Below, one piece after another: positions 30,250 through 40,403 of a stretch of DNA of 64,000 nt. The DNA is taken from the NCBI GenBank assembly GCA_938091905.1, contig CALKOM010000134.1, forward strand, positions 15,501 to 79,500, written 5' to 3'. A program made the translations under genes and the position numbers. The notes beneath the pieces were generated by a model that saw only the letters and a list, made by a program, of their open reading frames with translations, did no database searches and was not told the origin of the DNA. Each line of letters begins with the position of its first letter. Position 1 is the first letter of the stretch. Origin of the DNA: an uncultured Verrucomicrobiales bacterium (lineage in GTDB: Bacteria; Verrucomicrobiota; Verrucomicrobiia; Verrucomicrobiales; DEV007).

Positions 30250-31146
30250 ATGATTCGATATTTAGTCTTACCCATACTAATCCTCACAGCGTCGACTGCA
30301 TTCACTCAGAATATTTCTCGTTCTCCACTTGGGATTGGCTACAGCTATCAACCTTCGACAGACATCGATGATGGCAGTGAGGTTTCGACTCAATCCTTCT
30401 ATATCCGAGCAGGTCTTCCGTTGCTTCGCGAGCCAGGCAAGTTTATCGCCTTGACCACGCGCTACGAGTGGACTTCCTATGACTTTGAAGGCAGTAGACA
30501 AGGGAGTTTCGGTGCATTGGATCCTTGGGACGAAGTCCATGCACTCAAGTTTGGCCTTCCAGTCTTCTGGGACCTCAATGATGATTGGACATTCTTTGCC
30601 CTTCCGTCACTTGGATTGAACTTTGAGGACGGTGCAGACGTGGAAGATTCTGTCACGGGAAGCTTGCTCGCTGGCGCTACCTACCAGTTTAGCGACAGCC
30701 TTTCCATCGGTCCAGGATTCGGTGTCCGATCTCAGTTAGAAGATTCGTTAAGCGTCTTCCCCATTGTTCTCGTCGATTGGCAGCTATCCGAGAACTTGAA
30801 AATCACCACTCGTCCATCTGGCGCCTTCATCAGTGGTCCCGGTGTGACCGTGGATTGGCAACTCTCAAGTTCTTGCCGCGCTGCCTTTGGCGCGACCTAC
30901 GAGAACACGCGCTTCCGGCTGAGTGATCCGAACCGCGCAGCTTCCGAAGGTATCGGTGAATACAGTAGTGTGCCTCTATACGCAGCTCTCACATTTCAAC
31001 CCACCGCCAATGTCCACGCCGGGGTGTTTGCTGGCGTCCGGTTCGCTAATGAGCTTCAGCTAGAGAACTCTCGCGGTCACAACATCATACGTGAAGACGC
31101 CGATCCAGCGCCGTTCTTCGGCTTGAATCTCTCGCTCCACTTTTAA
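30250..31146 (+). CDS. Outer-membrane beta-barrel protein (DUF6268-like)
   Basis: Signal peptide, alternating amphipathic strands and C-terminal Phe (GLNLSLHF). Confidence 0.75.
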   Translation: MIRYLVLPILILTASTAFTQNISRSPLGIGYSYQPSTDIDDGSEVSTQSFYIRAGLPLLREPGKFIALTTRYEWTSYDFEGSRQGSFGALDPWDEVHALKFGLPVFWDLNDDWTFFALPSLGLNFEDGADVEDSVTGSLLAGATYQFSDSLSIGPGFGVRSQLEDSLSVFPIVLVDWQLSENLKITTRPSGAFISGPGVTVDWQLSSSCRAAFGATYENTRFRLSDPNRAASEGIGEYSSVPLYAALTFQPTANVHAGVFAGVRFANELQLENSRGHNIIREDADPAPFFGLNLSLHF

Positions 31147-31198
31147 TGGGGCCATCCTTGACCAAATATTGGTTCGGCATTAAGCACGCATAACAATC

Positions 31199-31273
31199 AT
31201 GTTTACCCACCGAATTACCAGCTTGGTCAAAGCCTACCGCCTCGCGGTAGGGCTCGTCTGGTGGCGTGCCTAA
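31199..31273 (+). promoter_or_regulatory. Putative tryptophan leader peptide (attenuator uORF) MFTHRITSLVKAYRLAVGLVWWRA
   Basis: ATG 31199 to TAA 31273, with tandem TGG TGG CGT near the stop as in TrpL peptides; followed by alternative helices covering the downstream SD and start codon. Confidence 0.7.
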
Positions 31274-31346
31274 CCTCTCGGCAGGGTACTTGAACGTAAA
31301 CTTTGGACATCGCTAGATGGCATTATTGAAGACGTGAGAGGTCGCC

Positions 31347-32258
31347 TTGCCGGCAATCCTTGCGTCGATGCAATCAACCACCACCACGAGCGTCACTGAC
31401 GTTTCTCAGCCCAACAATCCCTTTGCCCGGGGGATTGTGCTCATGATAGCGTGTCTTGGCTTCTTCACAGCTAATGCCCTGCTCATCAAATACCTTGGCA
31501 CCTATCATCACACTGGCACTTGGTCGCTCGTCTTTCTTCGTGGCCTCGTCGGCCTCCTGATCGTCGTCATCTTCTACGGCAAACGCTCAGGCTTGAGCCT
31601 ATCGAGGATTTTCACCCAGCCGATGCTTGTCACTAGGGGCCTGTTAGGTGTCTTCGGGCTTTGCGCCTACTATTGGACCATCCCAAGATTGGGTGCCGGA
31701 CTCGCGACGCTTCTTAGCAATCTCTACGTGGTCCTGGGCGCTGTCTTTGCCGCGTGCTTCCTCGTAAAAGAGAAGCTCAGCTCTACACAATTCATCTGGT
31801 TGATTGTTAGCCTATTCGGTGTTGGGCTGCTCAGTCAGGCCCGTTCGGGGATCGATTTCGACTTTGCCGTGGCTCTCGCTGGTGCCGTTGCCGCCGGGAT
31901 GGTCATTGTGATCATACGCTTTCTTCACAGGACTGAGGCCACACCGACCATCTTCGCGTCCCAGTGCGTCTACGCAATGATTGCCGTCCTTCCGCTCGCC
32001 GTCTCTGAACTGCTCCAACTGACAGGTAGAGCGTTAGTGTGGGCTCTGACCGCATCCTTCATGGCAGCGCTGGGTCAATTGACCATGACCCATTCGTTTC
32101 GCTATCTCAATGTATCGATTGGTGGCGCCTTTCATCTGACGATCCCCGTCTGGGTGTCCATAGGCGGATTCTTTCTCTTCGGAGAAACATTTAGTCTACT
32201 CCAGCTAGCTGGGGCTGTCCTCTTGCTATTCGGCTGTTTTAAGGCGATTCGTCGATGA
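31347..32258 (+). CDS. DMT/EamA family transporter
   Basis: About 10 TM helices in two EamA repeats (LVFLRGLVG, FLVKEKL, LFGETF). Start is TTG 31347 (GAGAGG SD 5 nt upstream) or ATG 31368. Confidence 0.88.
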   Translation: MPAILASMQSTTTTSVTDVSQPNNPFARGIVLMIACLGFFTANALLIKYLGTYHHTGTWSLVFLRGLVGLLIVVIFYGKRSGLSLSRIFTQPMLVTRGLLGVFGLCAYYWTIPRLGAGLATLLSNLYVVLGAVFAACFLVKEKLSSTQFIWLIVSLFGVGLLSQARSGIDFDFAVALAGAVAAGMVIVIIRFLHRTEATPTIFASQCVYAMIAVLPLAVSELLQLTGRALVWALTASFMAALGQLTMTHSFRYLNVSIGGAFHLTIPVWVSIGGFFLFGETFSLLQLAGAVLLLFGCFKAIRR

Positions 32259-32310
32259 AACCTCCCCCCGCCATTGACAGCCCCCACGCTCGCAGGCGAG
32301 CGTTAAACTC

Positions 32311-35085
32311 ATGGCTACCAAGAAGGATTTCCGCTTGTTTCTACTGGATGGGATGGCACTCATCTACCGAGCCCACTTTGCCCTCATCCGCAGCCCTATT
32401 TACACGTCAGGCGGATTCAACAGCTCGGCGATCTTCGGCTTTGCCAACACCCTCTTGGATATCAAGACGAAACAAAAGCCCACGCATTTGGCACTGGTCT
32501 TTGACACGTCTGCACCCACCTTCCGCCACAAAACGTTCCCGGAATACAAGGCTCAGCGCCAGGAAATGCCAGAGGATCTCAGCGCGGCCATTCCCCATGT
32601 GAAACGCATGGCGGAAGCATTTAACATTCCCGTCATTACGCTCGATGGGTACGAGGCCGATGATATCATTGGAACCCTAACAAAGCGCGCCGATGCCGAT
32701 GGACGCTTCGAGACCTTCATGGTGACCCCGGACAAGGACTTTGCCCAGCTCGTCTCCGAATCCAGTTTCATTTACAAACCCGGCCGCCAAGGAAGTGATC
32801 ACGAAATCATTGGAGTCGAAGAAGTCCTCGCCAAGTGGGAGGTCGAGCGCCCCGAACAGGTCATCGATATTCTCGGCTTATGGGGAGATGCGTCTGACAA
32901 TATTCCAGGAATACCAGGAATCGGAGAGAAGACCTCCAAGAAACTGATCAAGCAATTTGGCAGTGCCGAGAAACTGATCGAGAGCACCGACCAACTCAAA
33001 GGCAAGCAGAAGGAAAACGTGATCAACTTTGGCGAGCAGGGATTGCTCTCCAAACAGCTAGCGACGATTAACATCGAGTCTCCCATTGAAGTCGCTCTCG
33101 ATGACCTGGTCGTGAAAGACTATGACAAAGAGACCCTTCAAGACTTTCTGATAGAGTTTGAATTCAACGCACTGGGACAACGACTCTTCGGCAAAGACTT
33201 CAAGGTGGGACGTGGAGCTCAACTGAGAGCTCAAGGAATCGACCCCAAGAGCCTGAAGACGATCCATCACATTAAGAAGGGCTATGAGCTCACTGACACG
33301 GAAGAGAAACGAGCTTCCCTCCTCAATGAATTAGCAAAGCGGAAGTCTTTCTGCTTCGACACGGAGACCTCCTCACTAAATCCAAATACTTGCCAGTTGC
33401 TGGGTATCGCCTTCTCCTGGGCAGCGAATGAAGGCCACTACGTGCCTCTACCAATAGATGCGCCGCTTGAAGCTGTTAGTATTCTCAAGTTCTTCGCACC
33501 CGTACTGACCGATCCAAAAAAAGAGCTCGTGGGCCACAATCTGAAATTCGATATCAGCGTGCTTCGCGCCAAGGGCCTCTCCGTCGATGGCCCGTTCTTT
33601 GATTCCATGATCGCTCACGCGCTGGTTGAACCAGATCAGAGACACGGTATGGATTACCTTTCGGAGGTCTTTCTCGGCTACTCACCCATCTCTATCTCCA
33701 CCCTGATCGGTGAGAAAGGCGCACCTGAAGGTCAGCGAAACCTGTTAGAACTGAGTAAGGATCACCTCGATAAAGTGGCTCAATACGCCGCCGAAGACGC
33801 CGATGTGACGTGGCAAATTGCAGAGAAGCTACGACCACAACTCAAAGAGAAAGCCCAGGAACAGGTGTTTTACGATATCGAGTGCCCACTTATGCCAGTG
33901 CTGGCAGATATGGAAAAAGAAGGCATCGCGGTCGACCTTGACGCCCTTTCTCACATCGGAGAAGACCTAGGCAAACGTTCGGAACAACTGCGAAAGGCCG
34001 TCTTCGATGCCGCCGACGGCGAATTCAATTTGGATTCGCCGAAGCAGCTAGGCGAGATTCTCTTCGAAAAACTAAAGCTCGTCGAAAAGCCAAAGAAAAC
34101 GCGCACAGGCCAATACGCAACGAATGAACAAGTGCTCTCGACCCTCGCGCCGCAGCACCAGATCGTCCAGGATATCCTTGGCTATCGTGAAGCCACCAAG
34201 CTAAAGAACACGTACGTTGATAATCTCCCTCAGGACGTGAATCCGACCACTGGACGCATTCACACTACCTTCCAACAGCTCATGACCGCGACTGGCAGAA
34301 TGCAGTCGAGCGGCCCCAACCTACAAAATATTCCGATCCGTTCGGAGCAAGGCAAAGAGATCAGACGTGCCTTCATTCCCGGTGGCCCTGATCGACTTCT
34401 CTTTGCTGCAGACTACTCGCAGATCGAGCTCCGAGTCATGGCATCGATGAGCGGCGACAAAGCGATGTGTCAGGCTTTCCAAGACAACGCTGACATTCAC
34501 ACGGCAACCGCGGCAGCGGTACATTCAGTATCGCCTGAAGATGTCCTACCGGAGATGCGGCGTACTGCCAAGATGGTCAACTTCGGAATCATCTATGGAA
34601 TCTCCGGCTTTGGCCTCGCTCAGCGGTTGGGTATTGGTAAAAAGGAAGCGGACGCCATCATCAACGCCTATTTCGAGCTGTATCCCGGCGTGAAAGTGCA
34701 CATGGACAAGACGATCGAGCAGGCTGCCGAGCTAGGCTACGTCGAAACTCTTACGGGTCGGCGACGCTACTTGCGTGACATTACCTCGAGTAACTGGACA
34801 GTCCGTTCCGCTGCGGAGCGCATGGCAATCAACACGCCCATTCAAGGCACCGCTGCCGATATGATCAAGCTTGCCATGATTCGCGTCGCCGCAGCGTTAG
34901 AGAAGGAGAATTTACGAAGTAAGATGCTGCTTCAAGTGCATGACGAACTGGTCTTCGACATGTATCGCGACGAGCAACTCCTGCTCCAGCCGCTCGTCGA
35001 GCAATGCATGAGAGATGCCTTGCCTCTGAAGGTTCCCGTTGTGGTAGAGACCGGTGTGGGTGTGAATTGGCTGGATGCCCATTGA
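32311..35085 (+). CDS. polA: DNA polymerase I
   Basis: 5'-3' exonuclease (LLDGMALIYRAHFA, EADD, GDASDNIPG), 3'-5' exonuclease (FDTET), and polymerase motifs DYSQIELR, AKMVNFGIIYG and QVHDELVF. Confidence 0.98.
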   Translation: MATKKDFRLFLLDGMALIYRAHFALIRSPIYTSGGFNSSAIFGFANTLLDIKTKQKPTHLALVFDTSAPTFRHKTFPEYKAQRQEMPEDLSAAIPHVKRMAEAFNIPVITLDGYEADDIIGTLTKRADADGRFETFMVTPDKDFAQLVSESSFIYKPGRQGSDHEIIGVEEVLAKWEVERPEQVIDILGLWGDASDNIPGIPGIGEKTSKKLIKQFGSAEKLIESTDQLKGKQKENVINFGEQGLLSKQLATINIESPIEVALDDLVVKDYDKETLQDFLIEFEFNALGQRLFGKDFKVGRGAQLRAQGIDPKSLKTIHHIKKGYELTDTEEKRASLLNELAKRKSFCFDTETSSLNPNTCQLLGIAFSWAANEGHYVPLPIDAPLEAVSILKFFAPVLTDPKKELVGHNLKFDISVLRAKGLSVDGPFFDSMIAHALVEPDQRHGMDYLSEVFLGYSPISISTLIGEKGAPEGQRNLLELSKDHLDKVAQYAAEDADVTWQIAEKLRPQLKEKAQEQVFYDIECPLMPVLADMEKEGIAVDLDALSHIGEDLGKRSEQLRKAVFDAADGEFNLDSPKQLGEILFEKLKLVEKPKKTRTGQYATNEQVLSTLAPQHQIVQDILGYREATKLKNTYVDNLPQDVNPTTGRIHTTFQQLMTATGRMQSSGPNLQNIPIRSEQGKEIRRAFIPGGPDRLLFAADYSQIELRVMASMSGDKAMCQAFQDNADIHTATAAAVHSVSPEDVLPEMRRTAKMVNFGIIYGISGFGLAQRLGIGKKEADAIINAYFELYPGVKVHMDKTIEQAAELGYVETLTGRRRYLRDITSSNWTVRSAAERMAINTPIQGTAADMIKLAMIRVAAALEKENLRSKMLLQVHDELVFDMYRDEQLLLQPLVEQCMRDALPLKVPVVVETGVGVNWLDAH

Positions 35086-35088
35086 TCG

Positions 35089-36222
35089 ATGGATCCTCGG
35101 CGTACCAGAACATGGGCGGAGATTGATCTCAGAGCACTTCACCACAACCTAGCGGTTGTCCGTAACCACGCTCCCAACGCAGACGTGCTCGCAGTGGTCA
35201 AGGCAAACGCCTACGGCCATGGACTCACTAAAGTCTGTCAGTCCCTTGCCAGTAGCGTCGCCTACTTTGGCGTAGCAGCGATCTCTGAGGCCAGCATCAT
35301 TAGGAACGCGTTAGAAGGTATGCCCAGCCCTTCAATTCTCATTATGGGCGAGACCCTAGCCGAGGAATTACCCAAGGCAATCTCGCGCGGCTGGCATCTA
35401 TCTGTATCCTCTATCACACAATGTCAGGTTGTGATCAAAGCGGCTGAGGCACTAGGACATCAGGCAAATATTCATTTGGTTGCCGATACAGGTATGGGAA
35501 GGATGGGAGCGCTTCCAGCGGATTTCAAAGCTCTCTGTCAACACGCTCAAGCTCACCCTGTTCTCAACGTTAGAGGACTCTCGACGCACCTTTCGTCAGC
35601 CGATGAAGATGAGTCCTATACCCAGCAGCAGTTGAAGGAGTTCAACCAATTACTGAACGAAGCCCTGGCTGTGTGGTCGGGGGAAGACCAGCCTCTGGTT
35701 CACGTTCTCAACAGCGCAGGTATCTTCCGCAAAGGCCAAACTGAACAGCGTACATTAGTTCGGCCAGGACTCATGCTTTATGGCTGCTCACCAGAAACGC
35801 CCTTTCAGTCGACTCTGAAACCAGTGATGACCGTAAAATCTCGCATTCGCCTAATACGCGAACTTCCAACGGGCTCTGGAATCAGCTATGGGCACAGCTA
35901 CATCACGACCTCCCCCACGCTGGTCGCGACCATTGGTATCGGTTACGGAGATGGCTTCTCCAGAGCACTAGCGCATCGCGCAACCACGGTTCTCATTCAG
36001 GGTCAGCACTGCTCCTTGTTGGGCCAAGTGACGATGGACCAGATCATGGTGGATGTCACCCATCTCCAAGAACAAGCAACAGTGGGCGACGAAGTCGTCA
36101 TTCTAGGGTCACAGGGAGGCAAGACAATTGATCTCCGAGAGCTGGCAACCAAAGCCCGGACTATTCCATGGGAAGTTCTAACAGAGATATCGGGGCGAGT
36201 ATGCAGAATTCATCTCGACTAG
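35089..36222 (+). CDS. alr: Alanine racemase
   Basis: AVVKANAYGHG PLP motif; DTGMGRMG, VRPGLMLYG, ISYG, GYGDG and VTMDQ. Confidence 0.96.
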   Translation: MDPRRTRTWAEIDLRALHHNLAVVRNHAPNADVLAVVKANAYGHGLTKVCQSLASSVAYFGVAAISEASIIRNALEGMPSPSILIMGETLAEELPKAISRGWHLSVSSITQCQVVIKAAEALGHQANIHLVADTGMGRMGALPADFKALCQHAQAHPVLNVRGLSTHLSSADEDESYTQQQLKEFNQLLNEALAVWSGEDQPLVHVLNSAGIFRKGQTEQRTLVRPGLMLYGCSPETPFQSTLKPVMTVKSRIRLIRELPTGSGISYGHSYITTSPTLVATIGIGYGDGFSRALAHRATTVLIQGQHCSLLGQVTMDQIMVDVTHLQEQATVGDEVVILGSQGGKTIDLRELATKARTIPWEVLTEISGRVCRIHLD

Positions 36223-36266
36223 ACCAAGCCTTGCAACAATAGCTTATAGCCACATAGAGTCTCACG

Positions 36267-37991
36267 ATGCTGCGTTTCACCATTCTCTTCGCCCTAGCCA
36301 CACTGACATCATGTCAGACCCGCGCACCCCGCGTAGAAACTGATCAAGCAGCCTCTTCGACCCAAGTCAGCTACAAGGCGGCTTCGTCAAATGCCTTTCA
36401 ACCCGCTCTCAATCGGGTGAAGCTCAGGCTTGAGGGCGGCACTGCCACCGCGAAGGCAAATGAAGCCCTGATGTTGGAAAGCGGCAGCGACGCGCTGGCC
36501 GCACGGCTCCATCTCATTGAGCACGCCCAATATTCTATTGACTATCAAACATTCATCTGGGCTAATGACGAAGCGAGTCAGTTGCTTGCAGAGGCACTCA
36601 TCCAAGCAGCCAAGCGTGGCATCAACATTCGCGTCCTTGTTGATTACATTGGCATCGCCAAAGACGCAAAAGCCCTCGCGAAAGTCACCCATGCACATCC
36701 GAATCTTCAGATCCGCGTTTATCGCCCCACAGCACGAACCCTGGAGAACGGAATATGGGGATCGATTGCCTACGCGCTCACTAACTTCAAAGGCGCGAAC
36801 CAGCGCATGCACAACAAGGTCTTTCTTGTAGATAATCACATCGCTATCACCGGAGGGCGCAATGTCGAAAACAGCTACTTTGATCATGCTGCTGTCATGA
36901 ACTTCAAGGATCGGGATGCTTTAATCGTAGGCCCGGTAGCTCAATCAATAGGGACCGCGTTTGATTCATTCTGGAGCTATCGACACACGGTTCCGGCAAT
37001 ACAGCTCACCGATGTCGCTAGCGCTAACGTCACAAGAACCGCTCCGCCCCAAAAATCGCGCACTGGTCAGAAGCTATTGGCTCTGAAACGACGCTCCCAT
37101 CAAATCAATGCTCTGGCCAATCAACTCCGCTCTGTCGATCACGTAGAGTTTATAAGCGATCTACCAGGCAAGAATGGCGCCCTCTCGCTCGCCGGTGGAG
37201 GTCAGGCAACTGAACACATTGTCAGAGCTCTCGACGAGGCCAAGCAAGAAGTGTGGATCCAATCTCCATACATGGTGCTTGGACGCAAGGGCCGGAGCTT
37301 CTTCAAGCGTTTCCGCAAACGGAATGCCAACATTCCTATTCACATTTCGACAAATAGCTTCGGTTCCACAGACAACTCGGTCGCCTATGCCGGGAATGTG
37401 CGTTTGAGAGATCGCTATGTCCACGAGTTCGGGCTCGACCTTCGAGAGTATCGCCCTCGACCGAGCGATCTTCGTCGCGTTCTACCCACCTATGATTGGC
37501 TAGCTGAGTCTAAACAAAACCAACCACCTTTCCTTTGCATCCACGCCAAATCCTTTGTCGTGGATGATAAGCTTGCCTTTGTCGGCTCGTTCAATCTCGA
37601 TCCGAGGTCCGCACACCTCAATACAGAATGCGGTCTCATTTTCCGAGATGCGCGTATTGCCTCGCAGCTAAAACGAGAGATCCAGCGCGACATGTCTGCC
37701 AGCAACAGTTGGGCAATCGCTCCTCGTGCCCTGTTGAAGGACATTTCTGACATTCATATGTACTCCAAAGAAATCACCGATCTCAGCCCCGTCGATCTGA
37801 CGTTGCTTAGCGCGACGTCAGCCTTCGAACTCAAACCTGGCTTTAAAGAAGTGCCTAAAGAAAATCCTAACTTCTATCGTAACTACCGCGACATCGGAAG
37901 CTTTCCCGGAAGTCCAGGCACCTTAACTGATCGCGAGCTCAAAGCGCGATTCCTGAAGTTCTCCACGAGACTCTTTGACCCCCTACTATAA
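36267..37991 (+). CDS. Phospholipase D family lipoprotein (ClsC/YmdC-like)
   Basis: Two HKD motifs (RMHNKVFLVD...GGRN and IHAKSFVVD...GSFNLDPRS); lipobox LTSC. Confidence 0.88.
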   Translation: MLRFTILFALATLTSCQTRAPRVETDQAASSTQVSYKAASSNAFQPALNRVKLRLEGGTATAKANEALMLESGSDALAARLHLIEHAQYSIDYQTFIWANDEASQLLAEALIQAAKRGINIRVLVDYIGIAKDAKALAKVTHAHPNLQIRVYRPTARTLENGIWGSIAYALTNFKGANQRMHNKVFLVDNHIAITGGRNVENSYFDHAAVMNFKDRDALIVGPVAQSIGTAFDSFWSYRHTVPAIQLTDVASANVTRTAPPQKSRTGQKLLALKRRSHQINALANQLRSVDHVEFISDLPGKNGALSLAGGGQATEHIVRALDEAKQEVWIQSPYMVLGRKGRSFFKRFRKRNANIPIHISTNSFGSTDNSVAYAGNVRLRDRYVHEFGLDLREYRPRPSDLRRVLPTYDWLAESKQNQPPFLCIHAKSFVVDDKLAFVGSFNLDPRSAHLNTECGLIFRDARIASQLKREIQRDMSASNSWAIAPRALLKDISDIHMYSKEITDLSPVDLTLLSATSAFELKPGFKEVPKENPNFYRNYRDIGSFPGSPGTLTDRELKARFLKFSTRLFDPLL

Positions 37992-38609
37992 CGCACAAAT
38001 CGCAGGATGGGCTGCGAGGAGTTCCAGGGCCTGAACAGTAAGGAGCTTGCCAGGTTCCATGCGATGCCAAGTCGATGCACCAGAAGGATGCGGAAGGGGT
38101 AAGAGGTCAAATCGGAAGCCCTGCCATTCCATGTTGGAATAATTCACGCCAATGACATCGACCAACTTCCCAACAGGCATGAATTGGGAGATCGCGAGTT
38201 TGCCAATGGGAATGACGAGATGCGGCTGCAGCAGCCGCATTTCAGCTTCCAGCCACGGCCGACAATTGGCCCTCTCGATCTCGTTCGGCACACGATCACC
38301 CCCTTTGGGATTTCGTCCCGGAAAGCACCGGCAAACAGACGCAATGTAAACGCGTTGACGGAAGATATCCTCTCCAATTCCAGTCGCTTCCTGCATCCAT
38401 CTAAAAAGAGTCTTGCCGGCAGTCCAGGCAAATGGCCTTCCTAGCACAGGCTCTCGCGCACCAGGCGCTTGCCCAACAAGAAGCACCTTACTCTGCACTG
38501 GCCCCGTTACAATGGAAGGGCGATGCATTTTCGGACAGCGTTCACACATCGCCAAGTCACGGACATGATCTTCTAGCGTGTTCGCTGCCGACATCGCATC
38601 CAAATCCAA
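37986..38609 (-). CDS. Uracil-DNA glycosylase superfamily protein
   Basis: GQAPG and LPHPSG motifs; Cys pattern CERC...CRCFPG...C consistent with Fe-S UDG families. Confidence 0.85.
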   Translation of the reverse strand: MDLDAMSAANTLEDHVRDLAMCERCPKMHRPSIVTGPVQSKVLLVGQAPGAREPVLGRPFAWTAGKTLFRWMQEATGIGEDIFRQRVYIASVCRCFPGRNPKGGDRVPNEIERANCRPWLEAEMRLLQPHLVIPIGKLAISQFMPVGKLVDVIGVNYSNMEWQGFRFDLLPLPHPSGASTWHRMEPGKLLTVQALELLAAHPAICAL

Positions 38610-39337
38610 GGTAGAAACCGGACAATCACGCCAAGTAACAAACGCACATACATCCCCGTGAGCAGGACATTGTCTCGAAGGTAACGGAAATGTGAAACAC
38701 CACCTTCTTCTTCCTTTAGATAGCGAACAGGTGTCGGAGTATTAATCGCTTGAACGCCTAACCAAGACAAACGTACCGCAGTTTCGGGTTCGAAATCAAA
38801 TCGGCGTGCCCAACGGGTTGACTGCATCGCACGATGCAACGCAGGAACGGGATACACTCGCATTCCAAATAGCGAATCTCCAATTCCGCCGCCCAGACTG
38901 ACCACGGCAGTCCAGAAGTTTGCTAGCTTCCTTCCCCAAACGCGCTCTAACGGTGCTTCATCTCCAAATTGAGGCTTTCCAAGAATCATCGCATCAGGAT
39001 TCTTACAAGATACTTCCAAAAAGCGAGGTACATAGTCAGCAGGATGCTGGCCATCACTATCAAATGACTGAATATGCGTGATCCCCTCACTCGCGGCCAC
39101 GCAAACGGCCTCGAATATCATCGAGCCCTTACCCCGATTCTCAAGATACCGAAAAAGGCGCAAGTTCGCATGTTTCTTTACCAGGGATTCAAGGATCTCA
39201 GGCGAGCCATCATCACTCCCATCGATCATGACCCAAACCGGCACACCATGCGCCACCACGGAAGTCACGACCTCGGACACCATCTCCCCAGGATTGTAGG
39301 AGGGGACGACAATGACGGGCTTGAATGCTGACTTCAC
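38573..39337 (-). CDS. Glycosyltransferase family 2
   Basis: VVPSYN, IDGSDDGS, NRGKG, DSDGQH, DSLFGMRVYP and FDFEPE. Confidence 0.9.
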   Translation of the reverse strand: MKSAFKPVIVVPSYNPGEMVSEVVTSVVAHGVPVWVMIDGSDDGSPEILESLVKKHANLRLFRYLENRGKGSMIFEAVCVAASEGITHIQSFDSDGQHPADYVPRFLEVSCKNPDAMILGKPQFGDEAPLERVWGRKLANFWTAVVSLGGGIGDSLFGMRVYPVPALHRAMQSTRWARRFDFEPETAVRLSWLGVQAINTPTPVRYLKEEEGGVSHFRYLRDNVLLTGMYVRLLLGVIVRFLPWIWMRCRQRTR

Positions 39338-39352
39338 CGACGCAAGGGGCTA

Positions 39353-40387
39353 TCAACGGTCTCGATGATCACGCATCCGCTCTAGCAGACGCGCATTAAA
39401 CTCCACCGGCGTATCATGCCCAAAGACTTTCAGCTTCACATCCATGGCGGCGACTTCAATGAGTTTGGCTAAATCACGCCCTGGAGCGACGGGCAGCTCC
39501 AAGTATGGCAGGTCCAATCCAAGAATACGGTATGTCTGCGGCGTGAGCCCCACACGCTCGACTTTATTGAGGTCCTCGGCTGGCCGCAACGTGATGACTA
39601 CGTTCAAGGCTTTCTCTAAACGCACGGCACCGATACCGTAGAGCGCCATTACGTTGATCAATCCTAGGCCACGCACTTCCATATGGCTGCGACCCAACTC
39701 AGGAGCAGTCCCCACAATATCACTACCCGCGATCCGACTGAATCGTACGGTATCATCAGCCACGAGACTCGCACCGTGATCGATGAGGCCAACGACCGTC
39801 TCACTCTTGCCCGTGCCGCTGGCTCCTTTGATCAACACGCCTATGCCATGAATATCGACCATGCTCCCATGCTCAGACGTGGTAGGGGCGAAGGCCCACT
39901 GCAAGCGGATCGTCGCCGAGTTGAGAAAGTGCATCGAGGGCATCTCCGTTTGGAAGATGGTAAGACGGGCCCGGTGGGCTTCATCCATGAACTCTTGAGG
40001 CAGACTGTGCCCACGTGCCAAAATCAGGCAAGGTACCGCCTGACGACAGAGTTCGCGGAACCGTGTAAGTCCCTGCCCCCCCTCCAGACACGTCAGGTAA
40101 GAGTGTTCAGCATTTCCAATGACCTGGATACGCTGCTCGGCAAAGTAGGTATAGAAACCTGCTAGAGCCAGACCGGGCCGATTCAGCTCAGGCTCGATGA
40201 TCCGACGATCAAAGCCTGACTCCGAACCCACCAGCGTCATTTGGAGCGGTTCCGCATAGCGCCCGTAGAATTCCCGCACACTCATGGCAGAGAGACGCTT
40301 CACAGGCGCCTTGCTTGTGTTCTGATTCTTATCCAGAACGACGGCAGCGTCTTCGCTAACCTTAGGTACGGGGAAATCTTCGGACAT
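39353..40387 (-). CDS. hprK: HPr kinase/phosphorylase
   Basis: NRPGLALAG, Walker A GASGTGKSE, LVADD, MEVRGLG and PVAPGR. Confidence 0.95.
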   Translation of the reverse strand: MSEDFPVPKVSEDAAVVLDKNQNTSKAPVKRLSAMSVREFYGRYAEPLQMTLVGSESGFDRRIIEPELNRPGLALAGFYTYFAEQRIQVIGNAEHSYLTCLEGGQGLTRFRELCRQAVPCLILARGHSLPQEFMDEAHRARLTIFQTEMPSMHFLNSATIRLQWAFAPTTSEHGSMVDIHGIGVLIKGASGTGKSETVVGLIDHGASLVADDTVRFSRIAGSDIVGTAPELGRSHMEVRGLGLINVMALYGIGAVRLEKALNVVITLRPAEDLNKVERVGLTPQTYRILGLDLPYLELPVAPGRDLAKLIEVAAMDVKLKVFGHDTPVEFNARLLERMRDHRDR

Positions 40388-40403
40388 ATAGCGACCTCGT
40401 CGG

